From the NCBI GenBank assembly GCA_964342815.1, contig CAYFHS010000002.1, forward strand, positions 32,001 through 96,000: a stretch of 64,000 bases of DNA. The letters run 5' to 3'. This DNA is from an uncultured archaeon (GTDB taxonomy: Archaea; Thermoplasmatota; Penumbrarchaeia; JASLWR01). Within the stretch, counting starts at the first letter, position 1. Every line of letters starts with the position of its first letter. This document shows, one piece after another, positions 55,845 to 64,000 of this stretch. A model generated the notes under the pieces. The model did not search any database. It was not told the DNA's origin and saw nothing but the letters and a program-made list of their open reading frames with translations. A program made the position numbers and the translations under genes.

Positions 55845-56615
55845 TTAATATTGTTCCCTGATTACCCCGAAGTCATATGAAGTGGTATTGAGGCCGCTGT
55901 GAGCCTTCTTGCATTTACTGCAGTACCAGTTATCCTTTTTTTTCTTGTATTTTAACGGTTCGTTGCATCCGGGGCAATAATAAACTTTCTCAATATTTTT
56001 CAGCTTCCCGGTTTTGCCCGACGATATATCGTTCTTTTGATTCTTTGGACGTATGAAGAGTGCATAGATTATCAGACATACTATAATTATAGAGGCGGCA
56101 ATGATTATCCAGCCGAACCAGGGCATATTTTGTTCCGAATCATGCTCCCATGCATTTCCGTTTTCATTATTACCATCCTCGAAATACCAGACACTGTTGA
56201 CGTCATATGTTTCACATTTATCTCCATCGGTTTCTTCACCGTCAATAACGGTAATTTCTACAAGGATTCTATCTCCCTGATTTATCGAACCTCCAAGGGT
56301 TTTCCCGAATATCAGCGGTTCCGGGTTGGATTGCAGTATTATCTCGGAAAATTCAACTGTGCCGTAATCATGGTTTAACATTCTTACCACCAGATCATCG
56401 ATGGTTATCTTGTCAAGAGGAGCGAAGGATAAGAACGTGTCATTTTCACCGTCCCCATCCTCATCGGTATAAAGAGAAAGGAACTCGTCCCAACTCATAC
56501 TTTCCCCGGCGGGAACTGCAGCCGTATTTGAAGTGAACAAGAAAGATAATGGCGATAAAATGATTATGAGAATTGTAATGAATAGACTTATTTTAAAGGT
56601 TCTAACAAGAAACAT
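55845..56615 (-). CDS. secreted/TM protein with C-terminal Zn ribbon
   Basis: Signal peptide; acidic domain; TM; CPGC..WYCSKC. Confidence 0.75.
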   Translation of the reverse strand: MFLVRTFKISLFITILIIILSPLSFLFTSNTAAVPAGESMSWDEFLSLYTDEDGDGENDTFLSFAPLDKITIDDLVVRMLNHDYGTVEFSEIILQSNPEPLIFGKTLGGSINQGDRILVEITVIDGEETDGDKCETYDVNSVWYFEDGNNENGNAWEHDSEQNMPWFGWIIIAASIIIVCLIIYALFIRPKNQKNDISSGKTGKLKNIEKVYYCPGCNEPLKYKKKKDNWYCSKCKKAHSGLNTTSYDFGVIREQY

Positions 56616-56758
56616 AGCGTGATAAATTATCTGTTGTTATAAATAATTTGTTCAATTCGGTTTTTAATATCTACCGTTGGACCTCATTCTCTTTACTTTT
56701 TTCATGTAACTCGAATAGGAATGAGAATCTTATTTTCCATATTTCGGGGATCCGTCCT

Positions 56759-58036
56759 TCACTCGTTCATCTGAAGGATAAGAAGCTCTTTTATGCTTTT
56801 CTTTATCATCTCAAGGGCGTACTCGAAATCTCCGGAATCCATTGCATCGGATGCTTTCTTGAACATATTTCTCGCGGAAGTGACGTTGACGGTGCCTCCC
56901 TTGGCCTCGGAAAACCTTCTTTTGGCTACAGGCAGAAGTTTCGATATCTCGAGATAATATTTCTTCATATCCCGAACCATCTCATCCAGGTTAACGGCAA
57001 GGCCCGCCGCCTTTGAGACATTGCCGTTTGCAAGTTCCCTTCTAAGCTCCTCGTAAGCGTGGGAAAGCATCTCCATTTCAGGTTCCCATTCGAAAAGCTC
57101 TTTCACATTATGCTGGAGAGCGGGAAGGCGTTCTTCGAGCCGGATCTGATCTCTTAAAAGTGTGTCCAGCTCCTCGTGAAGAATACTGAGTGTCTTGTTG
57201 GATTTGTTGTATTTGCCATTCTTGTAATACTTTTCGGCTTTTAGGAGAATTTCGCCGATGGGCAGTGTATTAATACCTCTTTTTTCAGCCAGGTCGATCT
57301 TGTCCACCGATCTTGCCAGCTTGTCCGTTGCCTCGGTATAAACATCTTTCAGGCCGTCGAGCATTAGAGGAACCCTTTCGGCCAGACGCATGGCCTCCGC
57401 GACGTTGTACTCCTTCATCTTCACCCGCGCGTCCTTCAGGGCTTTTACCATGTGCTGGACGTAAACGCCCTCTTTTTTAAGTGATGCGATCTCCTTGATC
57501 AGGGGGTGAAGATAGTTTTTTAGAGCCTCCATGTCATCGTAATAGATCAGTTCGCGGCGGAGCTTGCTGGCCTTTTCGAAAAAACCCTTGGGATTCTTTT
57601 TTTCCGCCTCCTTGAGCATCTTTCTGTACTGCTCCTCCATGTGCTCCACGGTATCTTCCTTTCTCCTGAACTCTTCCATGAACAGTTTCATCTCAGCCAT
57701 GTGTTCTTCCACATCGTCCATGGCAGGATTCTTTGCCTTATCGCGAGCCATTCTGAGATAATACCTGTCGAGTATTTTTCTGACGGCAATGGACTTTTCC
57801 ATGGCGCTCTTGTATTTCCGGTCGATAAAAAGGTCTTCCATGGATGTAATTTGCTCGTCGAGGTCCGTCGGGAGATCGATCTCGTCGCGGATATCGTCCC
57901 TCATCATTGTGAGAGCCGCCATACTGCGCTCAAGCTTCCCCATCTCCGCATAGAAATCCTGGCCTATGTTCCTCGGCTCGGTCATCGTAGTTACATAATA
58001 AATTCGATGATAAAAATATTGTTGAGAAAAAAACAC
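56759..58036 (-). CDS. all-helical coiled-coil/repeat protein (likely start 57985)
   Basis: E/K/L/A-rich heptad-like helices; recurring A..ll..A...m..g.y..A units. Confidence 0.75.
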   Translation of the reverse strand: MFFSQQYFYHRIYYVTTMTEPRNIGQDFYAEMGKLERSMAALTMMRDDIRDEIDLPTDLDEQITSMEDLFIDRKYKSAMEKSIAVRKILDRYYLRMARDKAKNPAMDDVEEHMAEMKLFMEEFRRKEDTVEHMEEQYRKMLKEAEKKNPKGFFEKASKLRRELIYYDDMEALKNYLHPLIKEIASLKKEGVYVQHMVKALKDARVKMKEYNVAEAMRLAERVPLMLDGLKDVYTEATDKLARSVDKIDLAEKRGINTLPIGEILLKAEKYYKNGKYNKSNKTLSILHEELDTLLRDQIRLEERLPALQHNVKELFEWEPEMEMLSHAYEELRRELANGNVSKAAGLAVNLDEMVRDMKKYYLEISKLLPVAKRRFSEAKGGTVNVTSARNMFKKASDAMDSGDFEYALEMIKKSIKELLILQMNE

Positions 58037-58087
58037 TTTTTATAACCCAAAGAGGTTTTGGGGTGTCTCGAGAGATGTCCCGATGTG

Positions 58088-58134
58088 TCGAAGATTCGGA
58101 CAATATTTTTAAATGCATGTACTTCAATGTGTGA
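58088..58134 (+). promoter_or_regulatory. promoter block duplicated at 63365-63411
   Basis: 42/47 identity with 63365-63411; contains TATA-like tttttaaa and TCGAA-NN-TTCG(G/A). Confidence 0.6.
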
Positions 58135-58175
58135 TGTAGAAACAAACGCTAAAAGAAAAATCCGAAGGGTAGAGC

Positions 58176-61100
58176 ATGAATCACCATAGACTTAAAAGCG
58201 TGATGGCGGTAGTCCTGACATTCATCGTGGTACTTTCATACTTCCCATGTATGAGAAACTCTTCTTCAAACGGTGATATTGGGTCAAGTTCTAGAGGGAA
58301 CACAATTATTGTAAATGCTTCGGGGGGAGAAGATTATACTAAGATTCAATGGGCAATAAACAACGCCAGCGAAGGTGATACCGTCCTGGTGATGCCAGGA
58401 ACCTATCGTGAGAAGGTGGTGGTGAACAAGAGCATAAACCTGACTGGAGCCGGGAGCGAGAGCACGATCATCGATGCAGGGAAAAGCGGTACTCCATTAC
58501 ATATATATAGTGACTGGGCCAACGTCAGTGGTTTTACCGTCAGGAATTCGAGCAAGAATTCAGCGGGGATTTACATATCTGGAGAGCATAACCGGGTTGC
58601 AAATAACAATTGTAGTTTTAACAAATATGGAATCAGTGTCTATTATAACAACTCGATCATCAACAATACATGCATCGGTAACTCTATCGGTATTAACCTC
58701 TTTAGGACGAAAAATAACTATTTCTCTGGAAATATTATCGAACACAGCGACAGAGCCGGCATATACCTGGCGGAATCTCATTCCAACGTTTTTTCCGAGA
58801 ATATATGCAGATACAACAACAATTCCGGGATCAAGATAGATGGCTCCCATTTTAGCCGAAACAATACCTTTATCAGTAATACATGCAATTCGAACGGACT
58901 GAACGGTATCGATTTCTGGTACACAGTGAACGATACTCTGGAAAACAATACTTGCAGCAACAATGGTTATTCCGGCATCCTCCTTTCGGAAGTAAATAAT
59001 GCGATCCTGAAGAACAACACCGCCTCCGATAACAGATATGGTATCCGGATCGAGAATTATTCCACGAACAACGTCATTTCCGGGAATAAAATGCATGCGA
59101 ATGGAATTTCATTGCAGCCGATAACATCATTTCAAAACACTGTTGATGATTCGAATATCGTTAACGGTGGGAGGGTCTATTTCTGGAACGGCGTTAGGAA
59201 CCGGATCATTCCGGAAGGAGCCGGACAGGTTGTTCTGTACAATTGCTCGGATATTGTTATCGAGAATCAAAACCTCACGGATACCGATTCGGGGATCGAA
59301 CTCTGGTTCTCGGATAACTGTACCATAGAGAACAACACCTTCAACAACAATATCAAGCACGGCATACTATTGGAGGGGTCCGTTAACACTACTATAGAAA
59401 ATAATACCTGTAATAACAACAAAATGATGGGTGTGAAACTGCACGGTACTGAAAAGATTTTGATCAGAAACAATACTTTTGATTCAAATATCTATTACGG
59501 ACTAGATATATGCTGTAGCACGTTTAACTGGGTTTATCATAATAGTTTCATCGACAACAACGGGGGAGGCAAACAGGCGGAGGACAGCGGGGCGCTTACC
59601 ACATGGAATACATCGAGCGAAGGAAATTACTGGTCGGATTGGACCACACCTGACAACGATTCCGACGGGATAGTTGATGATCCGTATACTCTTGCAGGAC
59701 TAAAAAAATCTCAGGATCATTTTCCCCTTGCACGGCCTGTTTCAGATCATTTCAGAAATATCCAAGCTCCGAAACAACCCGAGAAGGATGCCGATGGCGA
59801 CGGCTACAACGACACGTATGAGAACGCATCCGGGAGCGATCCATACAATAAAGAATCCACTCCACTCGATTGGGACGGTGATGGAATACCAAACGAAGTT
59901 GACGTCAACCCTCATGTTTTCGACGGCACTGTCGTGGACTCGAATATCACTGAGAATACCAACTGGACAGTTGAAAAAAGTCCCTATATCATAAACCGTG
60001 AAATCATTATATTTAATGGTTCGACTCTCAACATTGGACGTGGTGTTACCGTCTATTTCAATGGTTCCGGGTCCTTTAGCACAGACGAATTCTCCGGAGG
60101 GGGGAGGATTCGAGCATTCGGGAGGAAGGATAACAAAATTAATTTTATATCCAAAGTTCCCCCGGATATGGGACACAGAGCATTCAATCTCTCCCTTCGA
60201 GACTTTATTCATTTTGAATATTGTTCATTTAAAAATATCGGGGAAATATACCTTGCCGGAACGGATAACTGTGAGTTTTATAAATGTATATTTCAAAATA
60301 GCCAAGGAATTGTCTTTAACGAGAGATTTGTCAGAACAACCGAAACAGCATCCGAGAACAATACGATCCGATATTGCTCTTTTTACAATATGCCAAACGC
60401 GATAAAAATATTATCCAATCTTAGATATTTAGATCCAAATAGATTCTATCAAAATAACTTTTACAACTCGTCCATATCCCTTGGATTTGATCCAATTGAT
60501 CAGATTTCCCCCCTGTCGTCAACATGGAACGAATCAGGGTATGGAAATTACTGGTGGGATTACAACGGAACCGACCTCGACGGTGACGGTGTTGGCGATA
60601 CGAATCTTCCATGGCATGGGGTGGACTGGTGTCCATTGATGAAACCCTACTCGGAAAATCCACCTGTCATTCATCCAAATAGCATTCCAATCGCCTTCGT
60701 AGAGGAACGTTATTCTACAAATTTTACTGCTACCGATGTGGATACGTTGACCCAAGAATTATACTGGACGATGATTACGAATGCTCCGTGGTTGAACTTT
60801 TCGGAGAATCAGGAATTATACGGCACCCCCACAAGCTCAGATGTCGGAACATATTGGATATATGTCGAAGTTTCCGATGGTCCCAACAGTGACTTTAAGA
60901 ACTTTACGTTAGATGTTCGTTCGTGGCCCTCTGAATCCAGAGTGATGATTGAGAGAACCGGGAAAGATTTTTCCAGTATACAGGATGCAATAGACAATGC
61001 TAGTAATGGAGATACTATAAGGGTTCATGGGGGAATATATTATGAACGTATAGTAATAAATAAATCAATATCTCTTATCGGAAAAGGCAGTGACGTAACT

Positions 61101-62615
61101 ATCATCGATGGAAAAGAGAAAGGTGACGTTGTAGAAGTCCGTGCAAATAACGTTTCTATAAGCGGATTTCATATAAGGAACGCAAGTAAAAGTTCTTTCC
61201 ATGGTGATGGAGATTATGCCATATATTATAATTCAGGAATAAAAATTTATAATGATAGTAGTAAAATAACATACTGTTCATTTAGTTCATCTGGATTATA
61301 TGGCGGCAGTATATTTATTTACAAATCTAATAGACATATGATTTACAATAATAATTTTCTTAATAAAATTCAAAAAACCAGGGACATCCTTATTATAAAA
61401 TCTGATAACATCCTCATTAGAGAAAATTTACTCCACAGTTTAGGGATTTGGGACTCGGATGCAAACGTTATCAGAAATAATTCATTTGGTTATTATAATA
61501 AAAATGTAGGCGATCCTGGAAATGGGACGACACTTTATAATTCTAATAGAAATATAATTGAATATAATACATTTAATTTATTGGAATCCGGCCTTAACAT
61601 TTCGAATTCCGAGAATACCACGATCCAATACAACAGATTCACAAACAATTCTCAAAGTGTTCGGCTTTCAGGGAAAAATAATCTCGTCTACAATAATATC
61701 TTCATGAACAACAGTAATGAAGAATACGAATCACAAGCCTTTGACTGGGAATCCGATAACAAATGGTATCTCGGTCAAACTGGTAATTACTGGTCGGATT
61801 GGACAGGCCCGGATGCGGACAACGACGGGATAGTAGACATTCCCTACAATATCTCGGGTCCTGCTGGTGCACAGGACTTGTATCCTCTCGTACACCCTCC
61901 GAACATCAGTTTCAATGAAGGTTCGCCTGACAACGATACGGAGAAGGATTCTGACGGGGACGGCTGGAACGACACATATGAGCTGCAATCAGGAAGCGAT
62001 CCCTACAATAAAAAATCCACTCCCTTGGACTGGGATGGTGACGGCCACCCCAATAACAAAGATGCCTATCCCCGTGATCCAAAACGGTGGAAAAAAGAAA
62101 GAACGGATATGTCCAACATACTTCTGTTCATCGGTATTGGTTTTATCATACTGCTGATCAGCATCATGTGTTACAGTCGAATAAAAAGGAAGAATGCGCT
62201 CAAGAACGACGCACGTAACCGTATCCACAGCTATATCCATAAGCACCCGGGCGAGCACCGCAGCGGTATCGGCAGGCAGCTTGGAATGAACGAAGGAACA
62301 TTGAAACACCATCTCCGGAAACTGGAGCAGACGGGAATGGTTCAGGTCAGGCGAGATGGGAAATACAAATATCTGTATCCCGCGGGATTTAACCATTCGA
62401 TATCTCTTACTCCGATCCAAAAGCAGATAATACAAATTCTAACAAAAAATAAAAACTCCACTACCCAGGTAATAGCCAAGCAACTCGATAAAGAAAGGCA
62501 GACCGTGGTATATCACATGAAGAATCTCGCAGACAAAGGTGTTCTCAGGTCTAAAAAGACAGATAAGAAGGTATACTGGTCCGTGGACGAAAACGTAGAA
62601 AATACCTTCAAATAG
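58176..62615 (+). CDS. NosD/CASH beta-helix surface protein with TM and cytoplasmic tandem winged-HTH
   Basis: Three beta-helix units each ending GNY(W)xD; DxDGDG motifs; TM; RNRIHSYIHKHPG..GTLKHHLRKLE and QKQIIQIL..QTVVYHMKNLADKGVL. Confidence 0.9.
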   Translation: MNHHRLKSVMAVVLTFIVVLSYFPCMRNSSSNGDIGSSSRGNTIIVNASGGEDYTKIQWAINNASEGDTVLVMPGTYREKVVVNKSINLTGAGSESTIIDAGKSGTPLHIYSDWANVSGFTVRNSSKNSAGIYISGEHNRVANNNCSFNKYGISVYYNNSIINNTCIGNSIGINLFRTKNNYFSGNIIEHSDRAGIYLAESHSNVFSENICRYNNNSGIKIDGSHFSRNNTFISNTCNSNGLNGIDFWYTVNDTLENNTCSNNGYSGILLSEVNNAILKNNTASDNRYGIRIENYSTNNVISGNKMHANGISLQPITSFQNTVDDSNIVNGGRVYFWNGVRNRIIPEGAGQVVLYNCSDIVIENQNLTDTDSGIELWFSDNCTIENNTFNNNIKHGILLEGSVNTTIENNTCNNNKMMGVKLHGTEKILIRNNTFDSNIYYGLDICCSTFNWVYHNSFIDNNGGGKQAEDSGALTTWNTSSEGNYWSDWTTPDNDSDGIVDDPYTLAGLKKSQDHFPLARPVSDHFRNIQAPKQPEKDADGDGYNDTYENASGSDPYNKESTPLDWDGDGIPNEVDVNPHVFDGTVVDSNITENTNWTVEKSPYIINREIIIFNGSTLNIGRGVTVYFNGSGSFSTDEFSGGGRIRAFGRKDNKINFISKVPPDMGHRAFNLSLRDFIHFEYCSFKNIGEIYLAGTDNCEFYKCIFQNSQGIVFNERFVRTTETASENNTIRYCSFYNMPNAIKILSNLRYLDPNRFYQNNFYNSSISLGFDPIDQISPLSSTWNESGYGNYWWDYNGTDLDGDGVGDTNLPWHGVDWCPLMKPYSENPPVIHPNSIPIAFVEERYSTNFTATDVDTLTQELYWTMITNAPWLNFSENQELYGTPTSSDVGTYWIYVEVSDGPNSDFKNFTLDVRSWPSESRVMIERTGKDFSSIQDAIDNASNGDTIRVHGGIYYERIVINKSISLIGKGSDVTIIDGKEKGDVVEVRANNVSISGFHIRNASKSSFHGDGDYAIYYNSGIKIYNDSSKITYCSFSSSGLYGGSIFIYKSNRHMIYNNNFLNKIQKTRDILIIKSDNILIRENLLHSLGIWDSDANVIRNNSFGYYNKNVGDPGNGTTLYNSNRNIIEYNTFNLLESGLNISNSENTTIQYNRFTNNSQSVRLSGKNNLVYNNIFMNNSNEEYESQAFDWESDNKWYLGQTGNYWSDWTGPDADNDGIVDIPYNISGPAGAQDLYPLVHPPNISFNEGSPDNDTEKDSDGDGWNDTYELQSGSDPYNKKSTPLDWDGDGHPNNKDAYPRDPKRWKKERTDMSNILLFIGIGFIILLISIMCYSRIKRKNALKNDARNRIHSYIHKHPGEHRSGIGRQLGMNEGTLKHHLRKLEQTGMVQVRRDGKYKYLYPAGFNHSISLTPIQKQIIQILTKNKNSTTQVIAKQLDKERQTVVYHMKNLADKGVLRSKKTDKKVYWSVDENVENTFK

Positions 62616-62656
62616 ATCGATATTGAAAAAAGCTAATAAAAAGCATGGAAGTATCT

Positions 62657-63058
62657 TCAATCTCCAATGAAAATAGTATCGTCCAATCCCCTGAAATGAG
62701 GATCGCCTGTTATAACCGGCGCGGAAACGGATTTGGCAGTTTCCAGAATTATTGCATCGGCCAGACCAATATTTTTTCTTTCCCCCCTCATGACTTTTCG
62801 GGTTTTCCCGGCCCTTTCCGCGATCTCCAGTGTGAGGCCACAAATGAAGCTCTTGCTAATGATGAAATGCAGGTCATCTTCCCAGAAATCCCAATTTTCC
62901 GCATGGTATTTGGCCGATAGTTCTGCTATTACTATCATGGGAGTCACACCCTTCTCATCCTCGACGTATTTGCGTACCGTTTCTCCCTTTCGGGAGCCTC
63001 GAAAGTACTCAATCCATGCGTAGGAATCGAATACACAATCATAGCTCATGGAATTCAC
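62657..63058 (-). CDS. vapC: PIN-domain toxin VapC
   Basis: VFDSYAWIEY, IVIAEL, GLADAIIL and ITGDPHF acidic PIN motifs. Confidence 0.9.
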   Translation of the reverse strand: MNSMSYDCVFDSYAWIEYFRGSRKGETVRKYVEDEKGVTPMIVIAELSAKYHAENWDFWEDDLHFIISKSFICGLTLEIAERAGKTRKVMRGERKNIGLADAIILETAKSVSAPVITGDPHFRGLDDTIFIGD

Positions 63059-63239
63059 CTTCGTCTTCGGGTGTGAATTCCGTCATTTGCGGATGGGCTC
63101 CAAATTTCGTTTTGGGGATTGTCCTTTTGAGATCGATGAGATTATTTATAACCTCGTCTAGTGAGCTGGCATTGTATTCGCCCTTGATCTCCTTTAGGAG
63201 CTGAAGCGTATTTTCTCTCACCTGAATTGTCGTTGGCAT
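63039..63239 (-). CDS. vapB: cognate antitoxin (VapB-like, RHH-type N-terminus)
   Basis: 66 aa; TTIQVRENTLQLLKEIK..SLDEVI; overlaps the vapC start by 20 nt. Confidence 0.8.
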   Translation of the reverse strand: MPTTIQVRENTLQLLKEIKGEYNASSLDEVINNLIDLKRTIPKTKFGAHPQMTEFTPEDEGEFHEL

Positions 63240-63248
63240 TCTACCACT

Positions 63249-63275
63249 TAACTATAGTTATAGCTATAGATATAG
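63249..63275. promoter_or_regulatory. putative vapBC operator: four tandem NTATAG hexamers and overlapping palindromes
   Basis: ctatag-ttatag-ctatag-atatag 63252-75; palindromes taactatagtta 63249-60 and tatagctata 63259-68. Confidence 0.55.
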
Positions 63276-63364
63276 ATAAATGTTTCTAAACTGCTGTTGG
63301 GGATAGGATACGTTACGAGGCCGAAGTAATACCTAAAAAAGATGAAAGCATTGTCGAAATAGTA

Positions 63365-63411
63365 TCGAACATTCGAACAATATTTTTAAATGTATGTACT
63401 TCACTGTATGA
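63365..63411 (+). promoter_or_regulatory. second copy of the duplicated promoter block
   Basis: tcgaacattcgaacaatatttttaaatgtatgtacttcactgtatga. Confidence 0.6.
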
Positions 63412-63445
63412 ATAACATCATAAGGAAATTTCGTAAGGGAAAAGC

Positions 63446-64000
63446 ATGAATAACCATATACTTAAAAGTGTTATGACAGTCGTCTTATCATTCCTTTTGA
63501 TACTATCATCCATGCCATTGATGTGTACATCTTCTTCAAACAATACTCTGAGAGTGATATCGAGAGGTAACACTATCATTGTAAATGCATCCGGTGGGGG
63601 AGATTACACACACATTCGATGGGCTATCAGTAATGCAAGCGAGGGGGATACAGTCTATGTAGAGGCCGGAACATATTACGAAAATATTTATATTGATAAG
63701 AGGATAAAACTTATCGGAGAGGGGGAGAATAAGACAATCCTCGAAGGAAATTGGATGAATGGTATTGTGATGATAATGGTAAACGACGTTCATATCTCAG
63801 GTTTTACAATAATCGAAACCAAAACAAATCCAGATTATTCAAGAGGAATTGGATTATGGGAGGCAAACGGATGCTGGATCGAAAATAATGTCTTTACTGT
63901 AAGTCAGTCGGGAATAGATCTTGACGAATCTAGTAACAATACAATTTTCAATAACATTTTTGTTAATAATAATAATCATGGAATTTCATCTAACGGCGCA
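63446..64000 (+). CDS. NosD/CASH beta-helix surface protein, paralog of 58176 (partial, window edge)
   Basis: ATG 63446, frame open to the end; MNNHILKSVM..SRGNTIIVNASGGGDYTHIRWAISNASEGDT. Confidence 0.85.
   Translation, partial: MNNHILKSVMTVVLSFLLILSSMPLMCTSSSNNTLRVISRGNTIIVNASGGGDYTHIRWAISNASEGDTVYVEAGTYYENIYIDKRIKLIGEGENKTILEGNWMNGIVMIMVNDVHISGFTIIETKTNPDYSRGIGLWEANGCWIENNVFTVSQSGIDLDESSNNTIFNNIFVNNNNHGISSNGA

Noticed and set aside
1-64000. tRNA, rRNA, integrase or transposase genes
   Set aside because: No cloverleaf with T-loop GTTCRA, no rRNA signature sequences, and no tyrosine/serine recombinase or DDE/HUH motifs recognised in any ORF.

Overview
Archaeal chromosomal window. An archaeal DUF1628-type pilin, an archaeal RPA, VapBC, and TM-anchored NosD/PKD/Zn-ribbon proteins point to a Thermoplasmata-like lineage (inference). 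Most of the window encodes large secreted, C-terminally membrane-anchored modular proteins: NosD/CASH beta-helices, PKD/Ig/cadherin-like repeats, PQQ and WD40 propellers, BNR propellers, a metallophosphoesterase, an HExxH peptidase and a secreted M24 peptidase. Between them lie a nucleoside phosphorylase, RPA, HIT, a TraB/GumN-like protein, a HerA-like ATPase, Fic, VapBC, wHTH regulators and a tandem array of zinc-independent MDR oxidoreductases. I found no rRNA, tRNA, CRISPR array, transposase or integrase. Main non-coding signals: (1) two intergenic copies of an unidentified structured element (31.9 kb minus strand, 54.8 kb plus strand) sharing an invariant core, variable hairpins and a covarying helix, a candidate new ncRNA/riboswitch/ribozyme family; (2) a dispersed family of ~130-bp attC-like imperfect hairpins bracketing small genes, possibly an archaeal CALIN-like cassette system; (3) a third highly structured region at 0.56-0.77 kb. 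Also notable: a 1479-aa beta-helix/TM/tandem-wHTH one-component regulator and a giant surface protein ending in a catalytically degenerate M50-like domain. All product calls come from motif recognition by eye; no database searches were run.
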